Assembly (NCBI GenBank): GCA_904063045.1
Contig: CAJFCJ010000007.1
Location: forward strand, 4,099,404-4,163,403
Length of the DNA stretch: 64,000 nt
Reading direction: 5' to 3'
Source of the DNA: Dimorphilus gyrociliatus
Lineage: Eukaryota; Animalia; Annelida
Part shown: positions 60,265 through 64,000 of the stretch, piece after piece
Position numbering within the stretch: the first letter of the stretch is position 1
How the letters are laid out: every line of letters begins with the position of its first letter
Notes under the pieces: generated by a model
Databases searched by the model: none
The model's input: the letters and a program-made list of their open reading frames with translations, nothing else
Told to the model about the DNA's origin: nothing
Made by a program: the position numbers and the translations under genes

Positions 60265-63200
60265 CTAATCAGAACTGGAAACTCTTCTACGACGTCGAGG
60301 GGGCCCGTCATGCCTTGACTTTGCATCATTGTCGTATATATCTTTCCGCCTCCTTTGTCTATCATCTTCTTCTCTATCTCGTCTTTTTTGTTCCCTGTCT
60401 TCTTTTTCCTTTTTTCTATTTTCATCTCTTATTCGTGCTCCTTCATCTGATAACGGCAACCAATATATTGATGGGCTTGCTTCTGTTTTGTGGAATAAAT
60501 CGTCAAGTAATTTGGCGGGGGCGTCGGCTGGTTTTTCTACTCTTTCCTCTCTTTGTTGCCTTCTCGGAGAAGATCTTCTTCTTGGCGATCTTGATCTATT
60601 GTGCCCTCTTTCTACTCTTCTTGGTCCCTGTGGTGAAGGTGAATGTCTCAGTTTTCCCCGATCCCATTCCCGAACATGCTCCCTTCTCCCTCGTTCCCTG
60701 TTTTCCTTCTCAAAGCCTCGATCTCTTTCCTTGTTTCTGTCTCTGTCGCGTTCCTCCGCATCTTTTGAAGTCCATCGCTTTGGCGGATTTTCTTCTTCAG
60801 GTTTTTCTGATCTAGATATTTCTTCATCTGCCCTCCCTTTAGCAATGTCCATTGTTTTTGCTATATCAGGCTTATCAGATAATAAATGTCGATATATATC
60901 CTCTTCCGTAGCAAAATCCACAGTCAAAAGTTTTGGATTAGATGACGGCCACCTCGAATTATGTAATGAATCTCGTGTTTCCACGGCTAATTCTTGTGTT
61001 TCATACATTGAATAACAGTGAGTTTTTATATTATCAATCCAAAAGTACTCATCAATAATTGGGCCATGACGACTCAAGATATTTTTTAATTGACTGACAG
61101 TGAAAGGGCGGACCAAATTTCTCACAAGAAGTACACGAGATGTCGGATGTCTTGCGGGTGACGGAGACTTTTCTTTTATAGGCTTAAGTGAGTCATCTAT
61201 ATCTAGTTTTGATGATTGTCTCGTAGTAGAAACAATTCGTTTTTTTGATGCACTCTCAGAGCTTGGTGGAGAAATAGGTTTACGCTTTGTTGTTATTTGT
61301 GGATGGTCTCCATCTTTTTTAAATTCAACAACTCTTGCGTCATTTCTTGATTCCAAAACACCATCAGAAGTGTCTGAACCAACTTCCATGGATATTTCAT
61401 TACTTTCATCAAGGTCAAAGTCATCGGTTCTTTTGACATCCTAAATAAAAATAATCTAGCGTTAGCTATTGATAACTACTATTTCATTTTGTACCTGAAC
61501 AATGGTTCTCGTTATATCATCGATAGAAGTCAATACTTTGTGTTGCTCTCCGTCACTATCTTCAGTAGTGATTTTGCTATGTGAGGGCTGAGGTTTTATG
61601 TGTCCAAACATTTCTTTTATAGAACTAGATGTGATTCTTTTCGGGAGTTCTATAATAGGAAAAAAAAATAGAGAATATAAAATCTTGCCAAAGAATAAAA
61701 TAGTAAAACTGTAAACTATTGGAAAATTTTTTTTACGTTTTCTCTGATTCAGTTCCCTTTCCTCGCGTTTTGTCTTCGTTTGTGAGATATCAATAATTCT
61801 TTCCTGTGAAATAATAGATTGTATAAGCAACAATTCAAGACATTTTCTTAATTTTAGCAAGTACAATACTTTATGACCTATGTCAATCAATTATCGTACT
61901 TACAATTCCTATAGAATCTAAATAGATGACTGTTCGTTAGAGTTCAATCAGTCAGTTATATTTAAAAACATATTTAGCATAACTAAGACGAAAAAACCTT
62001 CGTATTTGCTGCCACATATGTTCTCCCAGTCTCCCATCATTTTACAAGCTTACAATAACATGCCAATTTCCCTACTGTTAAGTTCCGTCAGACACTTAAT
62101 TGAATCGTTGACTTTTTATCAGCTTATTTCATTTCTCTTCATTCATTTAAGATATATTTTAGAACCCCATAGATCTCTTCTATCTTCTTTTTTTCTTTTA
62201 AGAGTTAGGCATTGTTCACATCGATCTAACTTCAAGTTAGCCATAATAACCACTTAATAATATAACTTTTTTCTTTTAAATTTTCAATTAGGGCTTTTCG
62301 TCTTCTCCTTTTTGTTTATGTTTGGGGTTAAAATTTGTTTAAATTTTATCAAAAGTCCATAATCTTCTCAACCAGTGTCTCCATTCGCAAGAAAATTTCT
62401 TATTTTTATTTTCAAGTCGAAACCAAACAAAACCAATACACCATATCATTTTTGCTTAAATTTTTCACATCAATTTACGCATCGTCTTCGATTTCTTCTT
62501 ATTTTTCTCTAAATTCTTCAGGGATGCCAATATCCAATTTCTTTTCACCAAACTAACCATACACATGTAATACTCTGGTATTAATGATCTTTACAACTTC
62601 TACAGTTAGAATTTTGCTGTTGTGCTGAGAATCAGGAAACACTTTATGTCTGACAACTATCCATGTAAGCAGCCAGTTCTATTTACCACTACGACCTTAA
62701 ATCCTAGAGCTAATTGGTTTTGAACACTCACCTGGAATTTTTCCTCGTTTATGTCATCCTGAGGATCTTGTCTTTTGTCTTCCTCACTTTCATTACTAAC
62801 ATTCTATGAAGTAAACAATATGGTATAAAGAGAACTTGAAATATATTTCTTAGAACAAACCCCTTGTCTTTCAGCAGTTGATTCAGATTTTGAGTCACTT
62901 TCTCCCTCTGACGATGAACTCGATGATGTAACATTTTCAGTATTGGATTGTCTACCGCCTTGTAGGTCGCGAACTGCAGGCTCATCAAGTTTAGGCACAA
63001 CTGAATTTTAAAAATGACATAAAAAAACACCCATTGAACATTTGAACACTCACCTTTTCCTTGTTTTGATTTTTCCTGTTCTAATTTTTTCATTTCTCCT
63101 TCCTTCTCCTTAAGTATTCTCTCTTCTTTTTCTTTGCGAATTCTCTCTTCCTCTTTTTCTTTGCGAATTCTCTCTTCCTCTTTTTCTTTGCGAATTCTCT

Positions 63201-64000
63201 CTTCTTCTTTTTCTTTGCGAATCCTCTCTTCTTCTTTTTCTTTGCGAATCCTCTCTTCTTCTTTTTCTTTGCGAATCCTCTCTTCTTCTTCTTCTTTACG
63301 AATCATCTCTTCTTCTTTCTCTTTGCGAATTCTCTCTTCTTTTTCTTTGCGAATTCTCTCTTTTTCTTTCTCTTTGCGAATCCTCTCTTCTTCTTTCTCT
63401 TTTCGCATTTTCTCTTCTTCTTTCTCTTTTCGCATTTTCTCTTCTTCTTTCTCTTTTCGCATTCTCTCTTCTTCTTTCTCTTTTCGCATTTTCTCTTCTT
63501 CTTTCTCTTTTCGCATTCTCTCTTCTTCTTTCTCTTTTCGTATCCTCTCTTCTTCCTTCTCTTTGCGAATTCTCTCCTCCTCCTTCTCTTTGCGAATTTT
63601 CTCCTCCTCCTTCTCTTTGCGAATTCTCTCTTCTTCCTTCTCTTTGCGAATTCTCTCTTCTTCCTTCTCTTTGCGAATTCTCTCTTCTTCCATAAGTAAC
63701 CGATCTTCTTCTTCTTCTTTCAACCTTCGAGCGTCTTCTATCTCTTTTCTAGCTGCTTCCTCTCGCAGCCGTTTTTCTTCTTTCTCTTTTAGTTTCTTAT
63801 CTTTTTTTTTCTCTTTTGCTGATTTCTGTATTTCTTCCTTTTCATTGTCCTGATCACTCTGCTGAATCTCTTCTCTAGACTCCCCCATTGATGTATTTCC
63901 TACTGCTGAGAGAAATATGTCAGTTTATAATCAAAATATATATTTAAAAAGTTACATTTTTCCTCATCTGAAGAAGTTTGTTCAGGCTGAATTTTTCTCT
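60265..64000 (-). CDS. ACIN1: Acinus (apoptotic chromatin condensation inducer 1; ASAP/EJC component); 5' end outside the window
   Basis: ITSSSIKEMFGHIKP; RRM LLVRNLVRPFTVSQLKNIL...WIDNIKTHCY...WPSSNPKLLTVDF; RSB motif KLLDDLFHKTEASPSIYWLPL; upstream charged exons on the same strand joined by phase-consistent GT-AG introns. Confidence 0.88.
63115..63693 (-). repeat. Coding 27-bp tandem repeat, about 21 copies of KEKEEERIR, in ACIN1
   Basis: Unit such as GAAGAGAGAATTCGCAAAGAGAAGGAA; two units are shortened to 24 bp; frame preserved throughout. Confidence 0.95.

Noticed and set aside
60315-61444. Long plus-strand ORFs (166, 228 and 114 aa)
   Set aside because: Antisense shadows of the charged ACIN1 exon
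61948-62041. ATGATGG...CTGA possible intronic C/D snoRNA in ACIN1
   Set aside because: Imperfect C box, no terminal stem, no recognisable guide
63115-63853. Repeat array as CRISPR, and the 239-aa antisense ORF (RILSSSFS)n
   Set aside because: Head-to-tail units with no unique spacers in a eukaryotic coding exon; the antisense ORF is the reverse complement of the repeat
1-64000. tRNA/rRNA genes, transposases, U12-type introns, horizontally acquired bacterial genes
   Set aside because: None recognised by eye; RTATCCTT matches fell in coding or polypyrimidine context. tRNAscan-SE, Infernal and RepeatModeler were not run, so small RNAs or MITEs may be missed.

Overview
AT-rich, very gene-dense eukaryotic (animal) DNA. 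I find 24 protein-coding genes in 64 kb, mostly with about 40-100 bp GT-AG introns. I see no prokaryotic features, CRISPR array, tRNA/rRNA gene or recognisable transposase. Gene order: UCP2-like(-, partial), RAD54B(-), multi-Tudor(+), DSTYK(-), STUB1(+), atypical calpain(-), ankyrin-C2 protein(+), PAXIP1(+), LRRC45(-), thrombospondin(+), ARHGEF10(-), DUF4476 protein(+), Ly6/quiver-like(-), LUC7L(+), PHYH(+), SLC52A(-), PABPN1(-), SNIP1(+), USP-domain protein(+), DPH7(-), NAF1(+), secernin(-), CDC37(+), ACIN1(-, partial). Tiny introns, an animal USP gene and promoter CTCF-like motifs suggest a compact-genome spiralian such as the annelid Dimorphilus gyrociliatus; this is an unverified inference. 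Gene names come from recalled family motifs, not from database searches. Most interesting: (1) three RNA-processing genes each keep one unusually long intron with apparent unproductive-splicing elements (LUC7L poison exon; PABPN1 terminal intron plus post-stop A-tract; ACIN1 orphan donor); (2) a thrombospondin with 19 EGF-like modules; (3) a RAD54B that breaks off mid-helicase just upstream of a same-strand UCP gene; (4) a roughly 200-aa charged single-alpha-helix repeat in Acinus; (5) strongly alternating gene orientation.
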